Below, in pieces: positions 13,375-26,171 of a stretch of 64,000 nt of DNA; position 1 is the first letter of the stretch, and each line of letters opens with the position of its first letter. A model generated the notes under the pieces. That model saw only the letters and a program-made list of their open reading frames with translations, searched no databases and was not told the origin of the DNA. Source of the stretch: Gracilinanus agilis. Its lineage: Eukaryota. Position numbers and translations under genes: made by a program. Location of the stretch: contig NC_058131.1 in assembly GCF_016433145.1 (NCBI RefSeq), forward strand, positions 665,732,987-665,796,986, written 5' to 3'.

Positions 13375-13912
13375 AACATTTGCAAAGATTTCTAAGCCAA
13401 ATTCTTTTTTACCATCATAGACAATAGAGTCACCACCGCATTGGACCTTACTATCACAGTCCTAGAAGTGTTTATGGAAAAGGCAGAATTGACAACAAAG
13501 TGAACACAAAACAAGAAACAGTTGGCTGAACCTCACCAAATTTACACAGTGGAGACTAGTGTTGGAGGTAACACAATTGTGATTACATTAAGGGATAGAG
13601 TAACTGAGTATCTAACATAGGAAAAGATACTCAAGGCATAGGGGGAAAGTACAAATCTTGGACCAAAAAAAAAGGGAGGTGGGGCACCGAGATAACATGA
13701 ATAACTAATGACCTATATGCTCTACTTTCCCACTGATATAAAAATTTTATGAGAATAATCGACAAATGTATCAAGGGCATCTTAATGAGAATATTAGAAG
13801 GGAACAAGCAAGCTTTTACAAGTGATATTCCATAGCTGACCACATCTTTACCATCCCACAACTGGCTGAAAGATGTAGTAAATACAAGATTCTGTGCTTA
13901 CCATTTGCTAAT
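13375..13912 (+). mobile_element. RTE LINE remnant, segment 1 (RT start)
   Basis: Translates to PIC.LSH.YKNFMRII, ENIRREQASF and YSIADHIFTIPQLAERCSKYKI; ends at the candidate TSD tgctaat (13906-13912). Confidence 0.85.
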
Positions 13913-15535
13913 GGATTTTCCCCCCAATTACATGTAAAAACAATTTCCAACATTTTTCAAAGAATATTGAGTTCTGGGTTCTCTCCCTCCCTTCCTCTCC
14001 CCCATCTCTACACTCCCTTTGAGATGGTAAGCAATCTCATAGATTTTACATATGCAATTATGTAAAATGTTTTTCCATAGTAATCCTTTTGTGGAAGGAG
14101 ACTCAAAGGAAAAAAATTAAGAAAGTGAAAAAAGTTTGTTTTGGTCTGGATTCAGACTCAGTTCTTTTCTCTGGAAGTCAATGGCATTTTTTATCTTGAA
14201 TCCTTTAGAATAGTTTTGGAGCATCATGTTGCTCAAACTAGCTGTTATTCACAGTTGTTCATTGTAGGTAGGCATTCATCTGTCACTGTGTACAATGTTC
14301 TCCTGGTTCTGCTTATTTCACTCTGCTTCAATTTGTGAAAGACTTTCCAAGATTTTCTGAGCTCCTCCTTCTAATCATTTCTTACAATACAATCATATTC
14401 CATTATAATCATATGCTATAATTTATTCAGCCATTCCACAATTGATGGGTATCCCCTCACTTTCCAAATCTTTTTCCCCCTAAAAATGTTGCTTTAAATA
14501 TATATATATATATATATATATGTCCTTCTCCTTTTTGGATTTTTTTATTTCTTTGGGATACAAACATAGCAATGGTATTGCTGGGTCAAAGGGTATATGC
14601 TGTTTTATACCCCTTTGGACATAGGTCCAAATTGCTCTCCTGAATGATTAAATCAGTTCACAACTCCCCCAATAATGCATTCATTTCCCAGCTTTCCCAT
14701 ATCTCCTCCAAATTTTGTCATTTTCCTTTTCTGTCATAGTAGCCAGTCTGATAAATATGCAGTGGTACCTCGGAGTTGCTTTAATTTGTATTTCTCTAAA
14801 TAATAATGATTTAGAGAATTTTTCCATGATTATAAAGATTTTTAATCACTTTATTTGAGAACTGTTTGTTCATATCCTTTGACCATTTATCAATTGGGAC
14901 ACTTGTATTCTCATATATTCAACTCATTTCTCTATGTATTTGAACAATGAGGCCTTTATTAGAGAGAATTCTAAAAAGATTTTGCATCATAATTACTGTG
15001 TATTACTCTCTACCCCTGTTTAATTTCTGACATCCACCTCTCCCAATCTGACCTCTTTTCTATCAGCCCTACCATTATGCTTCTCTTATCCTCTTCACCT
15101 GTTACTTTCCTGTACAGTAAGATAGCTTTCTATACTCAGTTGATTGTGTATGTTCTTCCCTCATTGAGTCAATTCTAATGAAAGTAAAGTTCACATGTTT
15201 TCTTCCTCTCCCCCATCTTCCCTTCCACTGTAAAAGCTTTTTCATTCCTCTTTTATGTGCACTAATTTATCCCATTTTATTTTCCCTTCCCTCTCCCAAT
15301 GCATTCCTCTTTCTCATGCCTTAATTTTATTTTATTTTTTCATCACCCCATCATATTCAATTCATACCCTTGTCTTCTGTCTAGATATACTCCTTCTAAC
15401 TGCCCTAATAATGACAAAATTCTTCAAAAGTATAAGAATCATCTCCAGTATAAGGATGCTCATATTTAACCTGATTGAATGTCTTTTGATTTCTCTTTCC
15501 TATTTACCTTTTTATGATTCTCTTGAGTCTTATAA

Positions 15536-16600
15536 TTAAGAGTCAAATTTTCCATGTAGCTCTGTCCTTTCCTTCAGAAATGTTTGGAAGTCCTCTGCTT
15601 CATTGAATACCCATTTTTCCCCTGAAGGATTATGATCAGTTTTGCTGGGAAAGTGATTTTTGTTTTGTTTTGTATTGCCTTCTGGAATATCATATTCCCA
15701 GCCCTCTAATCCTTTCATGTAAAAGTTGCTTAGTCTTTTTTTTATTCAGACTGTAGCTCCACAATATTTGAGTTTTTCTTTTTGGCTGCTTGTAATATTT
15801 TCTCCTTGACCTGTGTGTTTTGGAATTTGGCTATAATATTTTTGAGAGCTATCCTTTTGGGATCTCTTTCAAGAAGTGATTAGACCAGACACTTCCCAGC
15901 TGTGTGACTCTGGGCAAGTCACTTGACCCCCATGGCCCACCCTTACCACTCTTACACCAAGGAGCCAATACACAGAAGTTAAGGGTTAAAAAAAAAAGAA
16001 GTGATTAGAGGATTCCTTCCATTTCTATTTTGTCCTCTGGTTCTAGAATATCAGGGCAGTTTTTCTTGATTATTTCTTGAAATATGGGTCTAAGTGCTTT
16101 TTTTAGCATGGCCTCCAGGTAGTCCAATAATTCTTAAATGATCTCATCTGGATTTATTTTCCCAGTCAGTTGTTTTTCCCATGAAATATTTCACATTTTC
16201 TTCTATTTTTCATTCTTTTGACTTTGTCTCTGGATGTCTCATAAAGTCATTTGCTGCCACTTATCTAATTTTAATTTTTAAGACATGATTTCCTTTGAGA
16301 GAATTTTTGTACCTCTTTTTCTATTTGACCAATTCTACTTTGTAAAGAGTTCTTTTTCTCAGTGAATATTTATACCTCTTTTTCCAAATGGCCAATTCTG
16401 TCTTTCAAGAAGTTTTTCTCTTCAATGCATTTTTCTATTTGGCCAATTCTGCTTTTTAAAAAGTTCTGCTCTTCTTTGGATTTTTGTGCCTCTTTTACCA
16501 GTTGGCCTATTCTGTCTTTTTAAGATATTAATTTCTTTAATATTTTTGTGTGCCTACTTTACTAGGTTATTGACTCTTTCTTCATGAGCCAAGAAAGGGG
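15536..16600 (-). pseudogene. L1 ORF1p remnant
   Basis: ORF 15536-15718 ends ...GEKWVFNEAEDFQTFLKERTELHGKFD, resembling the marsupial L1 ORF1p C-terminus; tandem heptad-encoding repeats upstream. Confidence 0.8.
15885..15995 (+). mobile_element. 5'-truncated young SINE1_Mdo-type SINE with 14-bp TSD
   Basis: TSD aagaagtgattaga at 15871-15884 and 15996-16009; A-tail; CORE plus cccttaccactctt tail. Confidence 0.9.
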
Positions 16601-16940
16601 TACTATAATCTCCTTTTAAGTAGTTGTCCATCCCAACCCTCCTTACTATCTGTGGCTGAGAGTCCCAAAAGCCCTGGCTGCTACCCAAAGCCTGGTGGGG
16701 CCTGCTGTGGTACACTGTGCTTCACCTCTACCCTAGTGCACTAGATCTCTCATGCCAGTCTTCTAAGTTGTTTTGGGCTGAAAAATTACTTCACCTTGGT
16801 TTTTTGTGGGTTATGTTGCTCTAGAATTCACTTTGAAGCATTATATCACTGCTTTTTGGCAAGTAATTTGGTAGAAATCAGACGGGTCCCTGCACCTTCT
16901 CCACCATCTTGGCTCCATCCCACCCCCCACTTCTGCTAAT

Positions 16941-17370
16941 TTTTTTAAAGAATTTCTTTTGATAGGGCAAAACCCTGCCTTAAAGGTTTGCTTCCTCTGT
17001 GTCTCTCATGAATAAGTCAGAATTATAGAAGATATTTTGAGATATATAACAGAGATCTCTGATCATTGATATCAAATGAGTCATACTACTGAGAGATATA
17101 CTTGACAAAGGATCACCACAGTCATGGAGGGTATCTCACATGGAGACCAAGTTAAAGAGGAATTCCTCATTGATGGGAAGGTCTACCAGATGCTCCTGTT
17201 TGAAGATATTATGCTAACTGTATGAGGCCCTGAAGCAAAACTTCCTGATTGAGACCTGTAATCACTCATGAGTTTGGCCTAACAATCTCTACCCAGGAAA
17301 AATCAAGTGGATGAAAAATACCATAAACTTTTGGATGGTGCCTATAGAACTTATCCAGAAATGTACATGT
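16941..17370 (+). mobile_element. RTE LINE remnant, segment 2
   Basis: Continues RT collinearly after the L1: gggcaaaaccctgccttaaagg, QMLLFEDIML (LFADD region), gagtttggcctaacaatc...aagtggatgaaaaat. Confidence 0.8.
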
Positions 17371-17399
17371 GTGTGTGCATACATAGCTAGTATGTATAA

Positions 17400-17620
17400 A
17401 TCACTTTAAAGTTTGCAAAAAGTTTTACAAATATTATCCTACTTTTATTTTTAATTAGGAGGTATTACTTTCCTCATATTACAAATGAAGAAACTGAAGC
17501 CAATGACTTACATAGCTTTCCCAGGATTGCAAAGTTAGTAAGGTGAGATTTGATTCTGAGGCCAGATTTGAATTCTCATCTTTCAGACATTAGGTCCATC
17601 AGTCTATCCACTGTGCTACC
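17400..17620 (-). mobile_element. MIR-type SINE inserted in RTE
   Basis: RC of MIR: ctttaaagtttgcaaaaagtttt...aaatgaagaaactgaagc...ctatccactgtgctacct. Confidence 0.75.
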
Positions 17621-17769
17621 TACATACATACACTATCATTCTATAAAAAATTTATACATGTGTGTATATGTACAAATATACATACATGCATATTTCTATA
17701 ACTACATGAATATAGATGCTGACACATATATCCACTTATATATGAATGTGCATATACCTGTAGCATATA

Positions 17770-18190
17770 GAATAAATGCGTTATTTTTGGACAGACATTG
17801 CATGTGAACATTTAGTTGGCCCAGGATTGAACATGAAGAAAACAAACTTGATAACTTTTGATAAATTTCAGTCATTTCAATGATCCCAAACTTCTTCCTG
17901 AAACAAAGACCCATATTTTATGCTAATATTCTCTAGTTGTTGCTGGAGATGTGCAACTGTGAGATGACTACGAGATGTGGAACACTACATGCTCCAAAGA
18001 ATTAATAACGAGTATTACTCAGAGAGCAATAGATAGGCACATGATAGCTGCAACTCATTAAAAATGGGCTGTTCTAAAGCACAAAATTTGTAAAGCATGT
18101 CCTCAAAGAAAAGTCTAAATGATAATTTGGACTTATCACATGGTCACAAGCTAAAAAAAGGATTATCCATGTGTTCCATTGATAGCTTCC
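17770..18190 (+). mobile_element. RTE LINE remnant, segment 3 (post-RT)
   Basis: FNDPKLLPETKTHI, WNTTCSKE and TQRAIDRHM-like translations. Confidence 0.8.
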
Positions 18191-18247
18191 CAATCAATCA
18201 GTCAACAGTCAATCAATAATCATTTTAAAACCATTATTTATGTTCAA

Positions 18248-18445
18248 GAGGGGTAGGTTTGGGTAGTAAATAGAATGTTGGCTTCAGATCTGGGCAGTCC
18301 TGGGTTCAAGCTCCTCTGATCAAAGGAGCTGTATGAACCTTGGTGATGTCCGCAGTGTCCGGGAAAACTTTCCTAGACTATAAGTTGCATTGGTTGGGGA
18401 AGGTTCTTCATTTGGACATTCCCTTTAACCAATGAAATCACAGGT
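18248..18445 (+). mobile_element. Marsupial CORE-SINE with ctagactataagttgc...ccaatgaaatcacaggt tail (Mar3/MdoRep-type; name uncertain)
   Basis: Same tail family recurs at ~41910-42150 (-), ~55510-55750 (-) and ~58790-58990 (+). Confidence 0.65.
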
Positions 18446-19081
18446 TGAGTTCTTATCCCTATATGCCAGGTACTGGGCTAAATGCTAGAGAAATAGAGAA
18501 AAACAAAGGTGTTCCATGCCCTCAAGTTTACATTCTTATAATTAAGATGCTTCCAACCCTAGTACATTGGACAGATCCTCACACCACGACTGTGGAGAGC
18601 CTCCAAATGACAAAGACAAGAGTTCCAAGACAATCAAGTATGGATGTGTTTCTTTCATTCAGTCTCATTGGAGAAAAAGCCCCTATTGATGAGTTCTTAG
18701 ATCCATTTCTATATTGAGGTAGTTGAACATCCCAAGCATAAAGCGGGTCCTTTGTATTTTTTTTCTTTTTCAAATTGAATTTCCCCTGAAAGCATCTCCC
18801 TGGTTACTAGCCTGCACTAACCTTGTTTTCATCAAATCTGCCACCTTGTATCTGCATGATCTTGGACAATTCACTTAATCCCCTGGGCCTCAGTGTCTTT
18901 ATCTTGAATGTAGTGGGCACAAATCACTAAAATCCCTAACTATTTGGATATCTTTCTGTTTACTGAAAAATGACCCCAGGCAAGAAGTGACATTAGCCCA
19001 GACCCACCTGATTGTTACATGAAGTTGTACTTGGCTGAGGTTGAAGGGAATGGTACCATTCCAAGCCTTTATACCCTCCAG

Positions 19082-19082
<1 letters not shown>

Positions 19083-19127
<45 letters not shown>

Positions 19128-19145
19128 TGCACACACACACACACC
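19083..19145. repeat. (CA)n microsatellite
   Basis: Near-pure CA run. Confidence 0.97.
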
Positions 19146-19265
19146 AGTTCTAGAATACTAGACTACATAGAGAATTGGCAAAAGGAAAAGGCCAGCTGGA
19201 ACTAAGCTAAATAGTGGTTTTTGGTGTCCATCCCATTTTTTTTTGCTTGAGGTCCTTTTGTTATA

Positions 19266-19690
19266 CCATATATGGATTTTGGATTCTGTGCATGTCTTCC
19301 TCTGTTTTTATACCTGTGTATATGTGTGTATGTCACAAAATATTCTGGCCCCTCTTGGGGAAAAAAATTATCAATGTCCAGACAAATTAATGAAAAGACC
19401 TCAGATTCCCATTTCTGCTGCCCGTCAGTTACCATATTCAGCCCCCTGTCTTCTCAGATTGGTTCCTCTTAGTCATTTATCACCCACACAAATCCAAGAC
19501 AGGATATAAGCCAGCAGGGTCTGGCTATAAGGAGGAGATCTCCAGCCAGGCACACAGTTGTCACAGGGAATGAGCCAATCAGAGGGCAGGAAAACCATCT
19601 GCCTGACTTCCCATATCTGCCTCCCTCCTTCTGATCCTCCTTCTCTTTCTCCCCCACCTGCTTGCAGTTGTAGCCATGATGAAAGTAAGA
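19266..19690. promoter_or_regulatory. Candidate promoter/first-exon module
   Basis: CArG CCATATATGG 19266-19275; TATA-like 19502-19511 and 19524-19532; NF-Y-type AGCCAATCAG 19573-19582; E-boxes; pyrimidine tract then GCCATGATGAAA|gtaaga (19685); unique sequence. Confidence 0.35.
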
Positions 19691-20102
19691 ACTCCTGGGG
19701 AATCGTTGTCTAAAATGGGACCCCATCAGAGCCTGGGAAAGGGTTCTGAGCAGTGAGCTAAAAAGGACAGAGCTGGGAGAATCATTTTGCCAGACAAAGA
19801 TCTTGTGAAACTGAAGGGATAGAGGGACCTTAATGGAGGCTACCTGTCATCTCCCTCTCAATTAAATCTAGACTTTCTGCCTCCTCTATTTTGAACTCAT
19901 AGGGCAGGACATAGTGCAATGGGTTGAATGTCAGAGAAGCAACCAGCAGGATTTACTTGGAATCAGTGTGGTGCAACAAAATTCCCTTTTCATCCTAATT
20001 TAACTCAGGTAGCATTGAGTAATGGAAAGAGTGATGGGTTTGGGGCTGATCACTGTCCCAGGGACCTGTATGCAGCAGGTGATTAATAAATATTGGAATC
20101 AA

Positions 20103-20290
20103 GGACAGCTAGGTGGTTCAGGGGACAGAGAGGTCTAGAGACAGGAGGTCTCGAGTTCCAATTTGGCCTCAGACACTTACTAGCTGTGTGACCCTGGGTG
20201 AGTCACTTAACCCCCAATGGCTAGCCTTTACTGCTCTTCTGCCTTGGAATTTATATTTACTATTGATTTGAAGATAAACGGGAATTATTT
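20103..20290 (+). mobile_element. SINE1_Mdo-type SINE
   Basis: ggacagctaggtggttcag...cagacacttactagctgtgtgaccctggg...ctcttctgccttggaa. Confidence 0.9.
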
Positions 20291-21129
20291 TAAAATAAAT
20301 AAATATAAGAATCAAATGGAATGAAATTTACTTAGCATCCAGAGACCTAGTCCTGGTTAGAGACATGAATAAAGGGTGGTAACTAGGATTTTGCCCAAGG
20401 ATGCTGACATCTGAATGGTAGGAAGTCGTGCTCCCTCCCTGAGAAGGAACTGTGTGTCAGAGAGGAGTGCTTCCTTCCAACTGTAACTTGGAGAACGACC
20501 TCCCCATAGATAGTACCTGCTATCCTTGAACCTCATTGTCCTCCTTTGGTCTAAGTCATACAATGATATAATTGTCTAACAGTTACCACTCCTAGGTGCC
20601 TCATCTGAGGCCAGCCTTCTGTCTAAGTCCCAGAAGGGACACAAGTCACACTTTCTAAAGAATAAATCTCCCCTTCTTTCCAGGTATTATACCCAAATTA
20701 GATTATCTCCTGTATCACTGTTATCTTCTTGCCCCTCAATAAAATTCTGAAATTCAGTTTCCTCACCTGCAAAATTTAAAAAAAGTTGAATTAAATGGCT
20801 CTATGGTCTCTTTCAGTTTTCTTCACTACATTCTAAAATAACAAAGCTTTTGCCCCCATTTTATAGATAAAGAAAGAAAAACAAAAATAAAGAGGGAAGA
20901 TGGAAAGAAAGAAGAGAATAAAAATAAAAAAAAGAAGAGGCCTGATGAAGTTCAGTGACATGCTCAAGAATTCCCAAAGAGGAAGAGACAATGAATGCCA
21001 GGACAGGAATCATGGTATCCTGGTTTCTGAGACAGTGATCCTTCCAATAGAGTCTCAGAATCACAGACTGTCAGGAACCTTAGAAGTCATCTCATCCTCT
21101 CCGACCTAAAGATGAAAGCTATTTCAGAT

Positions 21130-22830
21130 ATATCAATCAAGTGCTAGGCTCTGTGCTAGTTGCTGGGATTAGAAAGACAAAGAATAAATCACTATCCCTA
21201 ATTTCCAGGACCTAACATTCTAATGGAGGAAACAAGCTCATATATAAGTGTATATGTGTATATATACATACATATATGTATATGGAGACAGAGAGAGAGA
21301 GACAGAGAGAGGCAAAGAGAAGAAATACAGAGTTGTTAAATATAAGGTCATTTGAGAAGGAGATTAGGAAAGGATTCATGTAGAAGGTGGTATTTGAGCT
21401 GGATCTGAAACAAAGAAGATATTCTATGGAGTACAAATGAAGACAGTGAATTTCAGGCATGGGGAATTACTAGTACAAAGACACAATGATGGGATAGTTG
21501 TGTGTGGAACAAAGAAAAATCACATTTGGCTGGACCATAGAGTGCAAAAGACTAAGGTCTAATGATGCTAGAAAGATCATTTGGGACCAGGTTATAAAAG
21601 GCTTTAAAAGCAAAATAAAGAAGTTCATCTTTGATCATAAAGGCAACAGGAAGTCACTGGAGTTGAATGAGTAGGGAAGTAACATGATCATATCTGGGCT
21701 TAAAGATTACTTTGGTGTGGAAGAAAGGAAGAGACCTAAGGCACAGAGATCAATGAAAAAGGGGCTGTGATAACTTAAGGAAGTAATTATGAGGGTCTGA
21801 ATTGTGAAGCAGAGTTAAATAAGAGTGCAAATAGACAAGGCAAGATATGTCATCTGAATGAATATGTGGAGTGAGAAAAAATGAAGAGACAAAGATATCC
21901 CAAAAGTTGTGAACATGGAAGAGTGGAAGAATTACAGCTCCTTTGAAAGAAATAGGCAAGTATGGAAGGTGCTGGAGTTGGGAAGAAAGCTAAGGACTTC
22001 AATTTTGGATACATTGGGTTTGAGATGTCTCCAGGACATTCAGTTTTTGAAATGTCCAATGGGCAATTGGTAATGAGGGACTGAAGCTGGAAGAAGGAAA
22101 AAAAAAAGGTGCGAGCCTGGGGCTGGATATGTAGACCTGCTTTTGTCTGCATGGAAATTATAATTAAACTCGGGATAGCTGAAGAGGTTATCAAGAAGAA
22201 GAGTATGGTGAGGAAAAAGGACCAAGGAGAGAACCTTGAAGAAAACTGACACAGGGTAAGAGAACTAGAAGAGAGCAGTCACACAAAAATAAGAAAAGAG
22301 ATTCTCCAGGGAGAAAAGGGTGGTCAACAATGGCATGTGTAGCACCAAGACAACAGATGAAGAATAAGAAAAGATCATCAGATTTAACAATCAAGAGATA
22401 GTCATTCACTTTGGAAAAAGCAGTTGCCATTGAATAATGAGGTCAGAAGCCAAAATGCAAAGAGTCAAGGAATACCGGCAAAGAGAGGAAGTGGAGGTTA
22501 CCAGTGTACATAGCTTCTCCTATTCATTTACCCAAGAAAAGTCAAAAATTTGAGGAGATGGTAGGATCTAGTGAAGGATTGGGAGGTGGTAGTTTAAGAT
22601 TTATTTGGCCCCCTTTTTGCAAGGTGAAGAATTGAGGTCTACAAAAGCTCAATGACATACTCAAAGAGCCAAAAAGAGTAGGAGACAATAAATATGGGGA
22701 GTATTATTTTTTAGATTGGAGGAGACTTGGATATGTCTGAAGGCATTAGATAAAGAGGAGTTAAAGAGGAGGAGGAAGGGAGAGAGCAATACTTAATGTT
22801 GCAATCTGCTAGCAAAGACAAGATGGGATA
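21130..22830 (-). mobile_element. Long L2 LINE remnant
   Basis: Purine-rich RC L2: aagtgctaggctctgtgctag, gaaggtggtatttgagctgg, tttgagatgtctccaggacattcag, aagatcatcagatttaacaatc. Confidence 0.8.
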
Positions 22831-25549
22831 GTATCTGAGCCCATCAAGATTACCTAATTCAACCTCTTTATTCCTTGAGAAAACTGAGACCTAAGAAAGT
22901 TAAGGCATACTAAATATCATATGGCAGTAATCATCAGAGGCAGAATTTGAATTCAAGTTATCTGACTCCAGGGTTTTTCCATTTCCATATTGTTTCCTGA
23001 GCCTTCTGAGCCAAAACCCTTATTTTAAAATTGAAAAATCTGAGACACAGGGTTGAAGTGACTTTCCAAAGAAGTAGATCTAGTAAGTGACCAAGTCATA
23101 ATTCAAATCCACATTGTCTGACTCCAAATATAATTGTTTTCTATTACATGATGTAAACTGAGTGCCATTTTTTCTTTTCAAACTGATATTTCTTCTGGGA
23201 AAGGTTAAATAGAAGGACATGGAAAAGGGGACCTGAGTTAACATGGAAAGTTGAAATGAATTTCTCCATTATTTTTCCAACAAGAGACTGGTAAGATGTT
23301 AATAAGTATACAACTACCCATACTCCTTTTGAACTTGGTTCAAATTGGTCCTCATAAGAATAGTGGAGTCAGAAAATTTATACTCTCTTGGGGAAAAGAA
23401 TGGAAAGCCAAAAAATAAAACTTTCTAAGTAGAAATGGTGCCATTCTTCATGGTGTGGAAAACCTGTCAAAGTCAGAGGGTCCTTCCCCTCAGTGACTTT
23501 TGAAACTGACTTGTGTCCTTACCTTGTCCTACAATCATGCCCTGCCATCAGATTTAAGTTTTAGAATCTAAGGTCAGAAATGCAAGGCTTGGAGCTAATT
23601 TTAGTCCAATTTCAGAGCTGAAAGAAACCTTAGGTCATCCAAATTGGGTCTTTTATTTAACAGATGAAGGAACCAAACAAGATAAAGAAGCATACAGTAA
23701 CTTAGGTTCTAGCTCTGGTTTGGCATTTCCCTCCAGATCTCCTAATCTGGTGCTCCTTCCTCTGAACCAGCAATTCAGGTACAATATTCATTAAATGGGC
23801 TTTTGCCAGCTGATCTGGAAACCTGATCACTAAGCATGACATTATTTCTATGGGAAAATGTATTCTGACCAACCGACCAACTCTGGGAGCACAAGCTACC
23901 CGTGTGTTAAGGATTGTCTGATCATGGCAACTTGAGTTTGGGGGTTGGAAGGAACCATAGTATCATGGCAGAGGACAAGCTCCTAGGCAGTGGCATCAAA
24001 GCTTTCCCTGGCATCAGGATTTTCTTGCTACATCAATTATAGAGAGGAGCATCTGTCCCAAGCTGCAGCCCTGCCAGCCTTATCTTCCCTGTTCTGCCAG
24101 AGTTGGTCCCAATGATGGAATGGGAATGATAGGGCAGGGAGCCATCTCAGCTGGCTGTTGGCAGTATAGCAATCATCCAATTAACTGAGGGGCATCAACA
24201 AAATTTATCCATTTTCCTTTGTGAGTTGAGATGTTGGTTCACTCCCCAATTTTTGTTTTGTTTTGTTCTCCATTGTTGTTGGCATGGCTGCCCTGTTGGC
24301 CGTTTACCTCAACATCTTGCAGTCACCCCCTCCCCCAGAAGCCAATATTTCCAATTTTCAGAGATCACCTGATGGATGAAGACTTACAACTAGAAGACGT
24401 TCAACTACCAACCATCTGATTCAGGACAAAGGTAGGAAAGCAAGGTAGAAAATGGGACAGTAAGAATCAGGGCAATTCCAGAGAACCAGAGCAAATTCTC
24501 CAATAAAATCTGAAAAAAAAGAGGAAATAAAAGAAATTAATCAGAAAACACTAGGATCAACTATTAGTTTGGGGTTTTTTTATTTGTTGTTTTTTTTTTG
24601 AGAGTCTGCTGGATTTTGAGCACCCTTGCAAGGCCCCAAAGGGAATAGAAAAGTTACAAGTCCCCTCCCCTCAGAAGAACCAGGCTCAAATTCTGGATCT
24701 GTCCTTTTTCACATGTGTGACCTTGAACAAATTACTTGACCAGTCCTCAAATGTAAAATGAGAAGATCAGACTAGATGATATCTAAGTTCCTCTCTAACA
24801 AACATTCTAAGATGCTGTGATGACCATTGTTTGCCAATTTTCAGTGAGACATCGTTTTTCATCCTTGTATCATTTCTCACATCACTTAATATAGAACTAC
24901 ATGATCAATTTTACTATACACCAAATGAATTCCACTAACAATTCTGAAATCAGTGAAGTCTTGCCGACTGACTTCAGAAATCCCAACCTTTTCCTTCAAT
25001 GAACTATAGTTTTAGATGGAGGAGTGGTCAAGTCAGTAAATGTAATATTACCCTTCTTTACCCATCCCCAGAAAAAGAGAGAGAACCAAAAGGGCTTGGT
25101 TTGCTGCCCACAACCGAGGAGAAAATGTGGTCCTACTTGTCTTAGACCAGAGTCTCAAGTTAGGGAGAATTAAATTAATATTCATATGACTCTTAGGATA
25201 CACACAAGTTCAATGCATGTTCAGAATAAATACTGGCCATTTTTACAGATGAATAAAATGGGATTAAAAGAAATCAAGTGACAGCTAATCAGAGGAAGGA
25301 TTTAAATTCAAATCTTCCTGACTTTGCCAAGTCTAGCATTATACACACTGTGCCACCAAAAAAATAGTTTGGTACTCAAGAATGGGGAACCAGCCAATCA
25401 TAAGCCATTGTGAGCTAATATTATTCAAGCTAATGGTGTTGCATAGTGTATTCCCAGCAACTTAAAGAATGGTAGAAATTGAGTTTTTTTTTGAAAGTTT
25501 CTAATTATAGGTTCCTGTGTCTCTTGGGTGGTGTCCAGTGGGGCATTTT

Positions 25550-25732
25550 TCTTTCTTAAAAAGCCCTTACCTTCTGTCCTAGTATCAATTCTAAGGCAGA
25601 AGAGCAGTAAAGGCTAGGAAATCAAGGTCAAATGATTTGCCCAGGGTCACACAGCTAGGAAGTGGGTAAAACTAGATTTTAGTCCAGGTCCTTCTGACTC
25701 CAGGACTAGTCCTCTATCCATTGTGCTACCTC
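25550..25732 (-). mobile_element. SINE1_Mdo-type SINE
   Basis: cccttaccttctgtcctagtatcaattctaaggcagaagagc...gcccagggtcacacagctagg. Confidence 0.88.
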
Positions 25733-25963
25733 AAAGCCCCTCTGCTAGGTAGGTCATACTTGAACAAGGTAATGCTCTCATGCTCTCTCTCTCTCTTTCT
25801 CTCTCGCTATTAAAAAAAATCAGCTCTTAGAAAAAGATTCTTGATAGAATGTAAACTTTTTGAGGCCAAGAACTATTTTGTTTTGTCTTTATAACCCCAG
25901 CATCTAATTCAGTGCCTGACCACTATATAGTAGCCGTTTGATAAATGTTGGTCAGTTTATCCT

Positions 25964-26171
25964 TTTTTTTTTTTTAATCTTTACCACCCATCTTAGAATC
26001 AATACTGTCTATTGGTTTCAAGGCAGAATGGTAAAAGACAGGCAATGGGGGTTAAACAAATTGCCCAAAGTCACACAGCTAAAAGTGTCTGAAGTCAGAT
26101 TTGAACCAAGGACCATCCCCCCCCTCCATCTCTAAGCCTGGCTCTCAATCCACTGAGCCCCCTAGCTGCCC
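25964..26171 (-). mobile_element. SINE1_Mdo-type SINE
   Basis: T-tail then atcttagaatcaatactg...ctctcaatccactgagccccctagctgccc. Confidence 0.9.

Larger units (their letters stand above)
13913..16933 (-). mobile_element. L1 derivative with 5' UTR, ORF1, spacer, ORF2 C-terminus and 3' UTR but no EN/RT (HAL1-like)
   Basis: 5' end ggagccaagatgg (RC near 16905-16917); ORF1 coiled-coil repeats ~16300-16560; ORF1 CTD 15536-15718; ORF2 C-terminal sequence ~14430-14960; marsupial L1 3' UTR; flanked by tgctaat on both sides. Confidence 0.85.

Noticed and set aside
19563-19574. cacagggaatgagc shared with the first tandem-repeat unit near 44778
   Set aside because: An isolated short match with no flanking similarity; compatible with chance.
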